Sequence record: PV037725.1
Length of the DNA: 64,000 bases
Reading direction: 5' to 3' (one strand)
The position numbers and the translations under genes are program-made. Each line of letters starts with the position of its first letter. The first letter of the stretch is position 1. Positions 28,884 to 37,612 of the stretch are shown one piece after another. The notes below the pieces were generated by a model. That model did no database searches and was not told where the DNA came from. It worked only from the letters and a program-made list of their open reading frames with translations.

Positions 28884-29722
28884 TATACGTAATCCCACTT
28901 AACACACTTGGCTGTAATCTGAGGTGCGTCCAATGTAATAGTTGCACTACCTTTGATAGTCGTATTATCGGAGTCACTCATTACAGTGTTAGTTTTAGAA
29001 GTAATAGCGGTCGGTGTCCATTTATGTGTGGTACTACCTACCGTCATTTGGATGTACTCGTCAGCCTTCATGTCAATGAATTGTTTCTCCATGTTAATGA
29101 AGGAGTCGTTTGCATTGCGTAGCCGAAGTCGAGTTTCTTTAGAGTTCAATTCAAAGAAGTTACCAACGTCGTCAGTGATATTTACATTACCCTCTTTGGT
29201 ATTGATCTGGATAGTGTAAGCGTAAGGTTCACCATTAGCCTTAGTGGTTTGTAAGTTGACGTAGCCGTTCAAGGGTGAGATGATCGATGTGTAGCAACCA
29301 TCCATTGACAGCCCAGACCCACCAGCTTTAGGTGTAGCCCCGTAAGCATTCACAACATGCTCTAATGTCCGAAGACCGTTACGCATGTTCATACTACGCC
29401 AGAAGTACTTAGGTGAATTACCTAGGCGATAGATCTCAACTAGTTCACCACGGCGCACGTCTGGTGGCGTAACACGGTTATCATCAAATGGATACCATTC
29501 ACATTCGAGGTCACGTGTCATTGTAGCTTTTACTTCATAAGCATCGCCTTTTGCATCGATACCTTTAAGAATGTCTTCAATTGGATTATGGGTTACCTCA
29601 CCGTCGGTACCTGATGCAGACTCAACGGGCAGGGCTTGAATCAAACGAGAATTATAATCTTTGTTCTTGGTAACGTAGCCTACACTAAACAAAAATAGTG
29701 AGGATTTAATGTCTTTAGCCAT
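28883..29722 (-). CDS. Baseplate central spike / puncturing device (T4 gp5/VgrG-like; phiKZ gp164-like)
   Basis: OB-fold-like N-terminus ([13 protein letters not shown]) and short beta-strand repeats in the C-terminus. Directly upstream of PAAR. Confidence 0.75.
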   Translation of the reverse strand: MAKDIKSSLFLFSVGYVTKNKDYNSRLIQALPVESASGTDGEVTHNPIEDILKGIDAKGDAYEVKATMTRDLECEWYPFDDNRVTPPDVRRGELVEIYRLGNSPKYFWRSMNMRNGLRTLEHVVNAYGATPKAGGSGLSMDGCYTSIISPLNGYVNLQTTKANGEPYAYTIQINTKEGNVNITDDVGNFFELNSKETRLRLRNANDSFINMEKQFIDMKADEYIQMTVGSTTHKWTPTAITSKTNTVMSDSDNTTIKGSATITLDAPQITAKCVKWDYV

Positions 29723-29779
29723 TGTAATAAACCTTTACTTGATAACATTCATCTATAGGATTACTTAAGGATCGTCAAA

Positions 29780-32269
29780 ATGCAAATCAAGCTACTTCGT
29801 CTCAAGTCGTACAAAAGGTTGATGCGTTCTGGCATCCAGTCTTTTGAATGGACTCCAACTAAACAACTGATGTTGATCATTGGTTCTAATGGTTCTGGTA
29901 AATCCAGTATCATGGATGAGATGTCTCCACTCCCAGCACGACACAAAGCCTTTGTTAAAGGTGGTGAGAAGGAATTCCACTGTTACCACAACGGTAACTT
30001 TTATATCCTAAAGTCTGTTTATGATCACGGTACAGGTCGGCACTCGTTTATCCGTAATGATGAAGAGCTGAACTCTGGTGGTACCTTCAAGATTCAAGAA
30101 GACCTCTGCCTGCAAGAATTCGGACTGACCCGTGAGATTCACGACATCATGACTGGCCGTACTTTGTTTACGGATCTGTCTACAGCTGATCGTCGTAAGC
30201 TACTGACTAAGATGTCTGTAGTGAATCTAGACTATGCGTTCGACCGATTCCAGAAACTGAAGATCGAAGCACGTTCCCAGAAAGGTACAGTTGATACGAT
30301 CACTCGCCGTCTGGTCAATGAGAACCACGACATTCCATCCGATGCCGATATGCAGTTGATGCGTGAATCCAACAAGCGGTTGAACGAACGTTTGAATCAA
30401 CTGTTTACTTCACGACAGCCTAATGTCAAGCAAGGGTTCAACAATGAGATCGAAGCAGCTACTGCCCTGGCTCAATTGGTAGAACGTGCTAAAGCCATAC
30501 TCTACAGTTATCCTAAAGTACCGGCTGGTTTCAATGCACGCTCGAAGGAAAGCTTTGCTGCTGAAAAGCAATTGGTGGCTGGGCAGTGCTCGGCTATCCA
30601 AGCTGTAATCCAAAGGATGGCTGAAGAACTAGATTCGCTACGTGGGTCTAACACAACTGAATTTGAAGTATCGCCCGATCAGATTGCTAACATTGAAGCC
30701 GATATTGCCGCATTGGAAGCTACAGTGGTGGCGGGTCAAGCTGAACTGGATGCAATCACGACTGAACTACCATTGTTCACACTAGATGTGACCAATGAGC
30801 CCTTGCGTAGACTGGAAGGTATGTTTGCACGCTGGATGTCATCCATAAACTCATTCCCTGAAAACGTAGATGGTTACATTTCGCGCCACACCTATGAACA
30901 AGTGTTGCAGAACGTTCAAGCTAACGTAGCCAAACGTCGTCAGATGGATGCGGCTTATCAAACAGCTAGTCAAAGGTTGTCGCGTCTTAAAGGTTGCGAT
31001 ACCGTCGTCTGTACTAAATGTGAACACGAATTCAAACCGGGTGTGGATGAAACCGAGGGGCCTAAGTTGGAAGAGTATGTTTCCCAACTTAGTATCAAGA
31101 TGGATGAGGTCGATCTAGCTGTAAAACAAGACGAGGAATACATTGACCTCTATAAAGAGTATCGTAGCCACGTCAGCAACTTTGCGGGCATTCAAGCTGA
31201 GTACTCTGACTTTGGTGTGCTGTGGGATCACTTGGCTAAGTCCCAAGTAATGTTCCGTACCCCTAAGACCCTCATGGTAAGCGCTGTAGCATGGCATGAA
31301 GCGATGAAGAAGCTTATCAACGTACGTGTGGGCTCTATGCGATTAGAGACGCTCCAGTCACGCCTGAAGACGCTTAAAGAGATTGACTCTGACGCTGTAG
31401 CCTATACCCGTAAAAGAATGCTTGAACTCGAGCACGAGATTTCTGATAAGTATCGCCAGCAAACTGAAACCAATCAGTTCTATCGTGAGATCGAACAAGG
31501 TGAACGTGACATTGAGGCTATGAATCGTGAGATCCATACTTTGTTGGAACGTTATGCTGACTGGCGTAGTCGAGCCATGGCACATGCTGAGTGGTTGTTG
31601 GATAAAGCGTTTGAATCTGAGATCGCTGAAACTCACCAACTGATGGCTGAAGGTACTCGTCGACTTAACATCTCTGAACAGCGTGAGAACTCTATTCGAG
31701 TGTTGGAGAACGAAGTTAACACAGCTAGAGAGATCGCGTCAGATCTTAACCTGTTGATTAAAGCGCTATCCCCTAATGGCGGACTATTGGGTAAATACCT
31801 GATGGGTTTCATGCAGGGTGTAGTGAGTTACGTCAATGCGTTTATCGGTGAAGTCTGGACATACCCAATGGAAGTAATGCCATCTAAGGTAGAGAAAGAT
31901 GAACTCGATTACAACTTCCCATTGAACGTGTCTAATGGTGCTGTGGTCGCCGATGATATCTCACTCGGTTCAGACTCTCAACTCGAAATGGTTAACTTTA
32001 GTTTCGAGCAGGCAGTGCGTAAGTTCTTAGGTATGGAAGACTATCCGTTGTTCCTTGACGAATTCGGTCGCACCTTTGACGAGCAACACCGTGCTAACCT
32101 GATTCCATTCATTAGTCGCTTGATTGAGAATGGTCAGTATCAGCAAATCTTTTACATCTCTCACTTCAGTAGTGAACATGGTGCATTTAACAGTGCCGAG
32201 TATATGGTACTCGATCCAACCAACATTACTGTCCCAGTTCAATTTAACAAAAATGTGGTGCTCAAATGA
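29780..32269 (+). CDS. sbcC: SbcC/Rad50-like SMC ATPase (phiKZ gp165-like)
   Basis: Walker A GSNGSGKS, central coiled coils with zinc-hook CTKC, Walker B LFLDE, H-loop ISH. Confidence 0.9.
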   Translation: MQIKLLRLKSYKRLMRSGIQSFEWTPTKQLMLIIGSNGSGKSSIMDEMSPLPARHKAFVKGGEKEFHCYHNGNFYILKSVYDHGTGRHSFIRNDEELNSGGTFKIQEDLCLQEFGLTREIHDIMTGRTLFTDLSTADRRKLLTKMSVVNLDYAFDRFQKLKIEARSQKGTVDTITRRLVNENHDIPSDADMQLMRESNKRLNERLNQLFTSRQPNVKQGFNNEIEAATALAQLVERAKAILYSYPKVPAGFNARSKESFAAEKQLVAGQCSAIQAVIQRMAEELDSLRGSNTTEFEVSPDQIANIEADIAALEATVVAGQAELDAITTELPLFTLDVTNEPLRRLEGMFARWMSSINSFPENVDGYISRHTYEQVLQNVQANVAKRRQMDAAYQTASQRLSRLKGCDTVVCTKCEHEFKPGVDETEGPKLEEYVSQLSIKMDEVDLAVKQDEEYIDLYKEYRSHVSNFAGIQAEYSDFGVLWDHLAKSQVMFRTPKTLMVSAVAWHEAMKKLINVRVGSMRLETLQSRLKTLKEIDSDAVAYTRKRMLELEHEISDKYRQQTETNQFYREIEQGERDIEAMNREIHTLLERYADWRSRAMAHAEWLLDKAFESEIAETHQLMAEGTRRLNISEQRENSIRVLENEVNTAREIASDLNLLIKALSPNGGLLGKYLMGFMQGVVSYVNAFIGEVWTYPMEVMPSKVEKDELDYNFPLNVSNGAVVADDISLGSDSQLEMVNFSFEQAVRKFLGMEDYPLFLDEFGRTFDEQHRANLIPFISRLIENGQYQQIFYISHFSSEHGAFNSAEYMVLDPTNITVPVQFNKNVVLK

Positions 32270-32388
32270 CTGTATTAGGAATCGTACAACTGCTGTTAGA
32301 ATTTCAAGCCCCCTTCTGGGGTGCATGTGTGGGAGTTGGTATTTCCCACACAATGGTTAAACACTATGAGTCGAGGGATTTGAAATGA
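32266..32388 (+). CDS. Putative 40-aa hydrophobic peptide missed by the ORF track
   Basis: MTVLGIVQLLLEFQAPFWGACVGVGISHTMVKHYESRDLK. ATGA overlaps with both flanking genes. Confidence 0.5.
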   Translation: MTVLGIVQLLLEFQAPFWGACVGVGISHTMVKHYESRDLK

Positions 32389-32720
32389 GTCCAGTAGATA
32401 CTTTAGCTTTATTTGTGATGTCAATTGCAGTGGGCGGTGTGGCATATTTCGTTGGTCGAGTTCTAGGTTGGTCCGTAATCTTCGGTATCTTAGTGGTTCA
32501 GATAGTCTACGGTCTAGCACAGAAGTTGGCTGAGGTAGCCAAGTTACCAATTGCATGGTTGGAGCGTAAACGCAAGGACTTAGAGTTAAGTCGATTGATG
32601 CGCGAAACCGAACAAGCTGATGCTCGTCGCAATCTGGTGCGTCGTACAGAAGACCTTCTGGAGTATCCTAGACGCCGGACACTCCCACTTCGGGTCATTA
32701 CGAACCCGATGATCCAATAG
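32385..32720 (+). CDS. Membrane protein
   Basis: Two N-terminal hydrophobic segments and a basic C-terminus. Confidence 0.55.
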   Translation: MSPVDTLALFVMSIAVGGVAYFVGRVLGWSVIFGILVVQIVYGLAQKLAEVAKLPIAWLERKRKDLELSRLMRETEQADARRNLVRRTEDLLEYPRRRTLPLRVITNPMIQ

Positions 32721-32749
32721 CTCTCCAGTGGCACCACAAAGCCTTACAG

Positions 32750-32783
32750 ACATACTGCCAGCCTAAGGGCTGGCTTTATGCCG
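32750..32783 (+). terminator. Terminator hairpin
   Basis: ACATACT-GCCAGCC-TAAG-GGCTGGC-TTTATGCCG. Confidence 0.8.
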
Positions 32784-32805
32784 TCAACTCAATTTATTTG
32801 AGATT

Positions 32806-32813
32806 TATATTAC
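32806..32813 (+). promoter_or_regulatory. phiKZ-type early promoter (TATATTAC)
   Basis: GAGATTTATATTAC, intergenic, about 30 nt before ATG 32844. TATATTAC is the established phiKZ early consensus. Confidence 0.75.
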
Positions 32814-32843
32814 ATAGGTGTAGTACAGATGGGAACTTAATCC

Positions 32844-33296
32844 ATGTTGTTGAATGACGTAACTGCTACACTAGGTGCTACGAGCCCGTATGAGTTCGTT
32901 ACAGCACCACAATGGGTTAGGGCTAGGCGTGGTGTTAGAATTTACCACAATGGCACACGAATCAATGTAAGACGACGTAAGAAGGGATATTGGTTTGTCT
33001 GTAATAAGGGGACTCGATTACTACGTCTACACTTAACTAAAGAACTAGCAGATGCTTTCACCATAAACCAATGCGACGCTAATGACCTGTTGGGGATTCC
33101 TAACGTCATTGACAAAGCTGATCTTAAATATAAACCCACCACTGATGAGGTATCAATGGAAGAAACCCAAGACTTCTTTACGGAACAGAATGTTAAGAAC
33201 GTAGCATACGTTGTTGGTATGTTTGCAGTAGCTACCGCTGTTGTCCTAGGTGTCAAGACGACTGCACAAGTAGTAACTAAAGGGCGTGGTAAATAA
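32844..33296 (+). CDS. Hypothetical early protein with a C-terminal TM anchor
   Basis: Basic N-terminal domain; VAYVVGMFAVATAVVLGV near the C-terminus. Confidence 0.55.
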   Translation: MLLNDVTATLGATSPYEFVTAPQWVRARRGVRIYHNGTRINVRRRKKGYWFVCNKGTRLLRLHLTKELADAFTINQCDANDLLGIPNVIDKADLKYKPTTDEVSMEETQDFFTEQNVKNVAYVVGMFAVATAVVLGVKTTAQVVTKGRGK

Positions 33297-33387
33297 TACT
33301 GTTTGTCGATCCCTATGTAGGGGGAATACGGATTAAACTCTTTATTCTTATTCCTTATTAGAGATAGACAAGCATAAGGCGTGTAGT

Positions 33388-33645
33388 ATGAGTGACTGGT
33401 ATAAGAAAGTAAAACAAGCAGTACGTGATAACGTTCCTGTCATTGTAACCATCGGCACTACAGTCGCAGCAGTAGCTGCGGTTATGTATGTCAAAGACGA
33501 ACTGGATGAAGCTGTAAGGGGTAACAACGAACTACTTAAGACTATCGAAGAGAAAATAGCTATCGCAATTGAAACACCACAAATCGTTAAAGTAGAGATC
33601 GGTGATGACATCGAACTTTACGGTAAAGGTAATCGAACTGACTGA
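33388..33645 (+). CDS. Small single-TM protein, paralogous to the C-terminus of 39493..40269
   Basis: RDNVPVIVTIG...IEEKIAIAIETPQIVKVEIGDDIELYGKGNR. Confidence 0.65.
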   Translation: MSDWYKKVKQAVRDNVPVIVTIGTTVAAVAAVMYVKDELDEAVRGNNELLKTIEEKIAIAIETPQIVKVEIGDDIELYGKGNRTD

Positions 33646-33676
33646 CATAAAGCCCCTCCCTAAGGAGAGGCGTTTA
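33644..33676. terminator. Terminator hairpin between convergent genes
   Basis: GACATAAAGCCCCTCC-CTAA-GGAGAGGCGTTTA. Confidence 0.7.
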
Positions 33677-34213
33677 TTATGCCGGTGACTGAGTAGGAAT
33701 GTCGTCGCCAGAGATACCCATCTCCTGAGCACGACGCTGCATCTCTTCACGGTTAACGATATCCATACGACGAGTGAAACTATCGGATGTTTCAACGATT
33801 ACACCGATCTCGGCTTCACCGTCAGCATGCGCACCATCGAATTCAGGTAGCGCACCAATATCCGCTTGTTCAACTGGAGCTGCGCCGTTCTCAATGAGGG
33901 AAGGGTGTTTACCACCAGAGCTTTGAACCAGTTGTACAATAGCGTTAAGAACACTAGCGGCATCGTTACCGGATTTCTCGTCCACCACCAAGCGCCGTTT
34001 GGCAATTGTGGTTTTGTCCATCGAATCAGCAACCTTCAAGATCAGTTCGACACCATCCTTGTCGGTTGGTAACCCAGATACATCTGATACGAGTTTGTGT
34101 AGTACCCGACCTTTGATTCGTTGAGTATGTTTAAGTTGTTCATCAAAGTCCAACTCCGCGTAGTCTACCTCGGGGTTTTCTGGATCGATGAATGCACGGC
34201 TAATGTCTTCCAT
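33677..34213 (-). CDS. Conserved hypothetical protein
   Basis: 178-aa acidic, helical ORF with AGGT RBS. Confidence 0.55.
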   Translation of the reverse strand: MEDISRAFIDPENPEVDYAELDFDEQLKHTQRIKGRVLHKLVSDVSGLPTDKDGVELILKVADSMDKTTIAKRRLVVDEKSGNDAASVLNAIVQLVQSSGGKHPSLIENGAAPVEQADIGALPEFDGAHADGEAEIGVIVETSDSFTRRMDIVNREEMQRRAQEMGISGDDIPTQSPA

Positions 34214-34276
34214 AAAGTTTTACCTGACTGGATATAGTTATGTCTTACGACACGTTTAATTGAAAGGGTCTATAAA

Positions 34277-34813
34277 ATGATAGATAAAATCGAACAACTG
34301 CTAAGGCGCTGGACTAAGTCAACTCCAAAAGCGACGTACTTGAAGTATCTGGAACAGTTCGATGCAGTCGAAACAACCATCACTGCATTGCCGTATATGC
34401 TGACTGAGTTCTGGAATAAAGTGGACTTGGCCCATTTTGAGAATGGCCCAACGTTCAAAGAAATGATGTACGAAACAGTACACGTTCGGCACAAGACCAT
34501 CTCAGAGTTGGTTAGCATCCTAGCCATGGCAACGGGTTCACTTGCGCAGGATGATGAGAACTTTATCCATGAGATCTCTATCAACCAATTTGCAACGTAC
34601 GAAGACCTTACTATGGATGATTACTTTGGTGGCGTTCGAGGTGGGTCTGTGACTTATCTTGAGGGTGTTCGGATGCTTAAACAAGCTATGACACGCCATG
34701 GTGAAGTAATCGAAAATATGCCACCTGGGTATCATTGCCGGATGTTGAATCGGATGTACAATGATATCCTGAGCGTTACAGTATCAATCATTAACCAACT
34801 TAAGGAAGCCTAA
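34277..34813 (+). CDS. Conserved hypothetical protein
   Basis: 178-aa ORF, divergently transcribed from 34213. Confidence 0.55.
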   Translation: MIDKIEQLLRRWTKSTPKATYLKYLEQFDAVETTITALPYMLTEFWNKVDLAHFENGPTFKEMMYETVHVRHKTISELVSILAMATGSLAQDDENFIHEISINQFATYEDLTMDDYFGGVRGGSVTYLEGVRMLKQAMTRHGEVIENMPPGYHCRMLNRMYNDILSVTVSIINQLKEA

Positions 34814-34875
34814 CGATCAGGTAAATATTAACCGTAGTATCGAACCCTGTTTAATTCACCGTAGGTGTAGAGCTA

Positions 34876-35631
34876 ATGGATTCTGTAAACGATTTGCTGT
34901 CTGACCCACTAAAAGGCACTAAGCGTGCCCAAGGCGTATTGTGTTATCTGTTCCGTGAAGTATTGTTGTGGCGTAAGATGAACCGCTTTACATGGGGTCG
35001 TCTACTCACCAACTACTTTGATAAACCCCATAACCAAGTCAAGCCCGATAAAGGCAACTTGAATAAGGTGTTGATCGCAGATGACATGAACTGGCAGGCA
35101 TTTTGTAAGGCGGTAGATTTCCTAGGTCCACATAAAGCTTATCTCGATATTAAGCTGTACTGGAAAGATGGGTCTACTAGCGACTATCGTATCAATGTTG
35201 ATCCGACTGACGCCGAAGATAAACCAACTGCAAATGAATTCAAATGGGAAAACTGTGAACTGTTTAGTCGAGCTAAACCACCAACCTTGTTGATGGGGCA
35301 TCTCTTCCGACACATCGCAGCTACCGAGGGCTCTAAACACTCCGACCTTAACGTCTGGTGGGAAAAGCTGTTTGAAGATTATACCAAGAATCCGGCTAAC
35401 GTCGTAGGTATGACTCAGACAGACATAAACAAAAACGTTCAAAACTTGAAGCGGTCTATTGTCGACCCACGCTTGAGCTGGAACGGGTTTCGTAAAGGAC
35501 TGCACTTGCTCCGCCCTAAAGCGGAAGAGTACACCTTGACGCTACAGTGGGCAGATACCCCTGAGTTGCGTCGCACCCTACCCGATTCCATTCACCCGAT
35601 CTATATTGCCGATCCTTACTTCGTGGAGTGA
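34876..35631 (+). CDS. Hypothetical protein made of two tandem homologous domains
   Basis: LFR...W..L...Y...NL......W..F.K....L.P.......L.W pattern occurs twice. Confidence 0.6.
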   Translation: MDSVNDLLSDPLKGTKRAQGVLCYLFREVLLWRKMNRFTWGRLLTNYFDKPHNQVKPDKGNLNKVLIADDMNWQAFCKAVDFLGPHKAYLDIKLYWKDGSTSDYRINVDPTDAEDKPTANEFKWENCELFSRAKPPTLLMGHLFRHIAATEGSKHSDLNVWWEKLFEDYTKNPANVVGMTQTDINKNVQNLKRSIVDPRLSWNGFRKGLHLLRPKAEEYTLTLQWADTPELRRTLPDSIHPIYIADPYFVE

Positions 35632-35634
35632 CCC

Positions 35635-36174
35635 ATGACTGATACACAACGAACTGACGCAGTATTGGAAACGGTTAGAACCGACTTTAAAGCTGGTGAG
35701 CGGTTCTTGCTATATCTTGCGTTCGTTGATGGTAAAGCAAAACCACCCAAAGCCACTTACCTACCAACAATCCGGTCGTTGGCGCAACGTGGACTTATTG
35801 AACTACTCCCTGATAGTGAATACAAACTGACTTTGGGGGGCGTAGACGCGTACACTCAGATTTATCTGAAAGATGTAAAGATGGGTGCACGGGACGAAGT
35901 AACGACAATCAACTACTTCCGTTGTCATTACAGTGAACGGTTGCGTACTGGCTTCGAAGGTCCAGTCATTACATGTAGTAATGAAGGTGTGATCAATTAC
36001 ACCAACTTGCTAAAGATTAATGGTAACCTTAGCCTCAGTCCACGTACCAGTGAATGTGACTATGCAGTGTTGGACTTTATTGATGAGTTCACTGGCGAGT
36101 CATACGATCTGTTCCCTGGCGACACAGTTGTAATGAATGGCGATGGCTACGTAATCCATAAGTTCTCGGAGTAA
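35635..36174 (+). CDS. Hypothetical protein with a possible N-terminal winged-helix
   Basis: TIRSLAQRGLIELLPDSEYKLTLGG resembles a wHTH recognition helix plus wing. Confidence 0.45.
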   Translation: MTDTQRTDAVLETVRTDFKAGERFLLYLAFVDGKAKPPKATYLPTIRSLAQRGLIELLPDSEYKLTLGGVDAYTQIYLKDVKMGARDEVTTINYFRCHYSERLRTGFEGPVITCSNEGVINYTNLLKINGNLSLSPRTSECDYAVLDFIDEFTGESYDLFPGDTVVMNGDGYVIHKFSE

Positions 36175-36176
36175 GC

Positions 36177-36554
36177 ATGAATATACTTGATCTGTCTGAT
36201 CCAGCAACCTGTCCAAAACAGTTTGACTTCAGCTTCGAGTATCCTAAGTCTACGTTGACAGGATTGCTGTTCCTGTCATACGAAGGGCTCCGGGCATACA
36301 TCATCACTGGCTCCAAGCATAGTGAGTATCTTCAGGGGAACATTGCTTACGCTAACCAGAACTACAAACCGGACTACGTTTACGTACCGGTGTTGAAAGA
36401 AATGATGGAATCGACACTGCGCATTGAACTGGCAAAGTATCCTTTCATCACTTTGAAGTATGGACCTAAGACAGAAGTCGTCTGGTCTAAAGTCGGTATT
36501 ACCCCTGCTCAACAAGAGTGGGTTGAAACCGTCCGTAAAGTCCTAGCTAAATAA
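36177..36554 (+). CDS. Hypothetical protein
   Basis: 125-aa ORF after GGAG RBS. Confidence 0.5.
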   Translation: MNILDLSDPATCPKQFDFSFEYPKSTLTGLLFLSYEGLRAYIITGSKHSEYLQGNIAYANQNYKPDYVYVPVLKEMMESTLRIELAKYPFITLKYGPKTEVVWSKVGITPAQQEWVETVRKVLAK

Positions 36555-36576
36555 TAGCCTAGGTCTAACACCATGC

Positions 36577-36600
36577 CCCCTACTTAAATGTAGGGGTTTC
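36577..36600 (+). terminator. Possible terminator
   Basis: CCCCTAC-TTAAAT-GTAGGGG-TTTC. Confidence 0.55.
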
Positions 36601-36625
36601 TAATATCTCTATTGAGACCGTAATA

Positions 36626-37552
36626 ATGACTAACTCTATCATTCAACAACACAACGCACTCTACACTCAATTCAAAAATGTAGACGAGTTCATCAAGACC
36701 AAGTATGCCAAAGGTGAACGCGTTACACTTAAAGAGCTTGCCCGTGCCGTGAAAGTACCGCTTGCTCAAGCTGAGGCTCAATTAGCGCTATGGGTAGAAA
36801 ATACTATTCGCTATGATCACCAGAATAACAGTATGCACATGCTCTGCATTTTCTATAGTGCCGAACATGTACGACCACGCGAGCTACTTAACCTGTCATT
36901 GACTGCTAAAGAGAAATCGAGCATTCATCAAGCGTCACGTACATTGCACATGCCAGATTTTACTTATGTCAAAATGTATAAACAACTCCTGACAACAATG
37001 AGACCGGGGGTAATGGACGTCATACGCCAACTGACACTGGTTGAAGCTGCTATCAAAACTGGATTACAATTGATGCAGCAGATCGGTGTAGATGAAGAAT
37101 TTAGAATCATCGGTGATATCACCGATGCGGTATACCACCCAACTACACTGACCGGCAATTTGGCACGACAACCGTGCTTTGCTAACGAAAATGTAATGGC
37201 TTCCCTGAAATGGGGTTGCAAGAGTATTGAAAAACACGAACAGGATAAATTGATTGATCCGACCATACAGGAAATCATTTGCCTGGCGCCAGATAATGAA
37301 ACCCCTGAACGCCGCCTAATTCGTAAGAAAAGATGCAATATGTTCAACCAGTACATTGCTGACCAGGCAAAGTTAGGGTTACGTTTGACAGCCGTAACGA
37401 CAGTTACTCCTTATCAGACCCCACCAGAAAAGGCGGCAGGAAAAGATGCCCGTTATCCAGTGTTCCATTTCACCAATATGGAAGATGCGATGATTGAAGT
37501 GGCGGTACATTTCAAATCCATGGCGGGTATTGGGAAATTCATTCTCAACTAA
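36626..37552 (+). CDS. Hypothetical protein with a possible N-terminal HTH
   Basis: VTLKELARAVKVPLAQAEAQLALW matches HTH periodicity; the remainder is unrecognised. Confidence 0.5.
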   Translation: MTNSIIQQHNALYTQFKNVDEFIKTKYAKGERVTLKELARAVKVPLAQAEAQLALWVENTIRYDHQNNSMHMLCIFYSAEHVRPRELLNLSLTAKEKSSIHQASRTLHMPDFTYVKMYKQLLTTMRPGVMDVIRQLTLVEAAIKTGLQLMQQIGVDEEFRIIGDITDAVYHPTTLTGNLARQPCFANENVMASLKWGCKSIEKHEQDKLIDPTIQEIICLAPDNETPERRLIRKKRCNMFNQYIADQAKLGLRLTAVTTVTPYQTPPEKAAGKDARYPVFHFTNMEDAMIEVAVHFKSMAGIGKFILN

Positions 37553-37560
37553 ATAACAAT

Positions 37561-37586
37561 GGGGTACTTCGGTGCCCCATTTTATG
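37561..37586 (+). terminator. Terminator hairpin with a TTCG loop
   Basis: GGGGTAC-TTCG-GTGCCCC-ATTTTATG. Confidence 0.7.
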
Positions 37587-37612
37587 ACATTTCTTTTTTT
37601 TGGGTGAATTCA

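Noticed and set aside
33677-34213. Possible small terminase subunit (acidic helical 178-aa protein)
   Set aside because: Only size and helical pattern suggest it; there is no motif and no adjacent large terminase.
37559-37612. Longer N-termini proposed by the ORF track (e.g. 2240, 4032, 4535, 7743, 15377, 37559, 40109, 40815)
   Set aside because: They overlap upstream genes or terminators and lack an RBS; downstream starts with good RBS were chosen instead.
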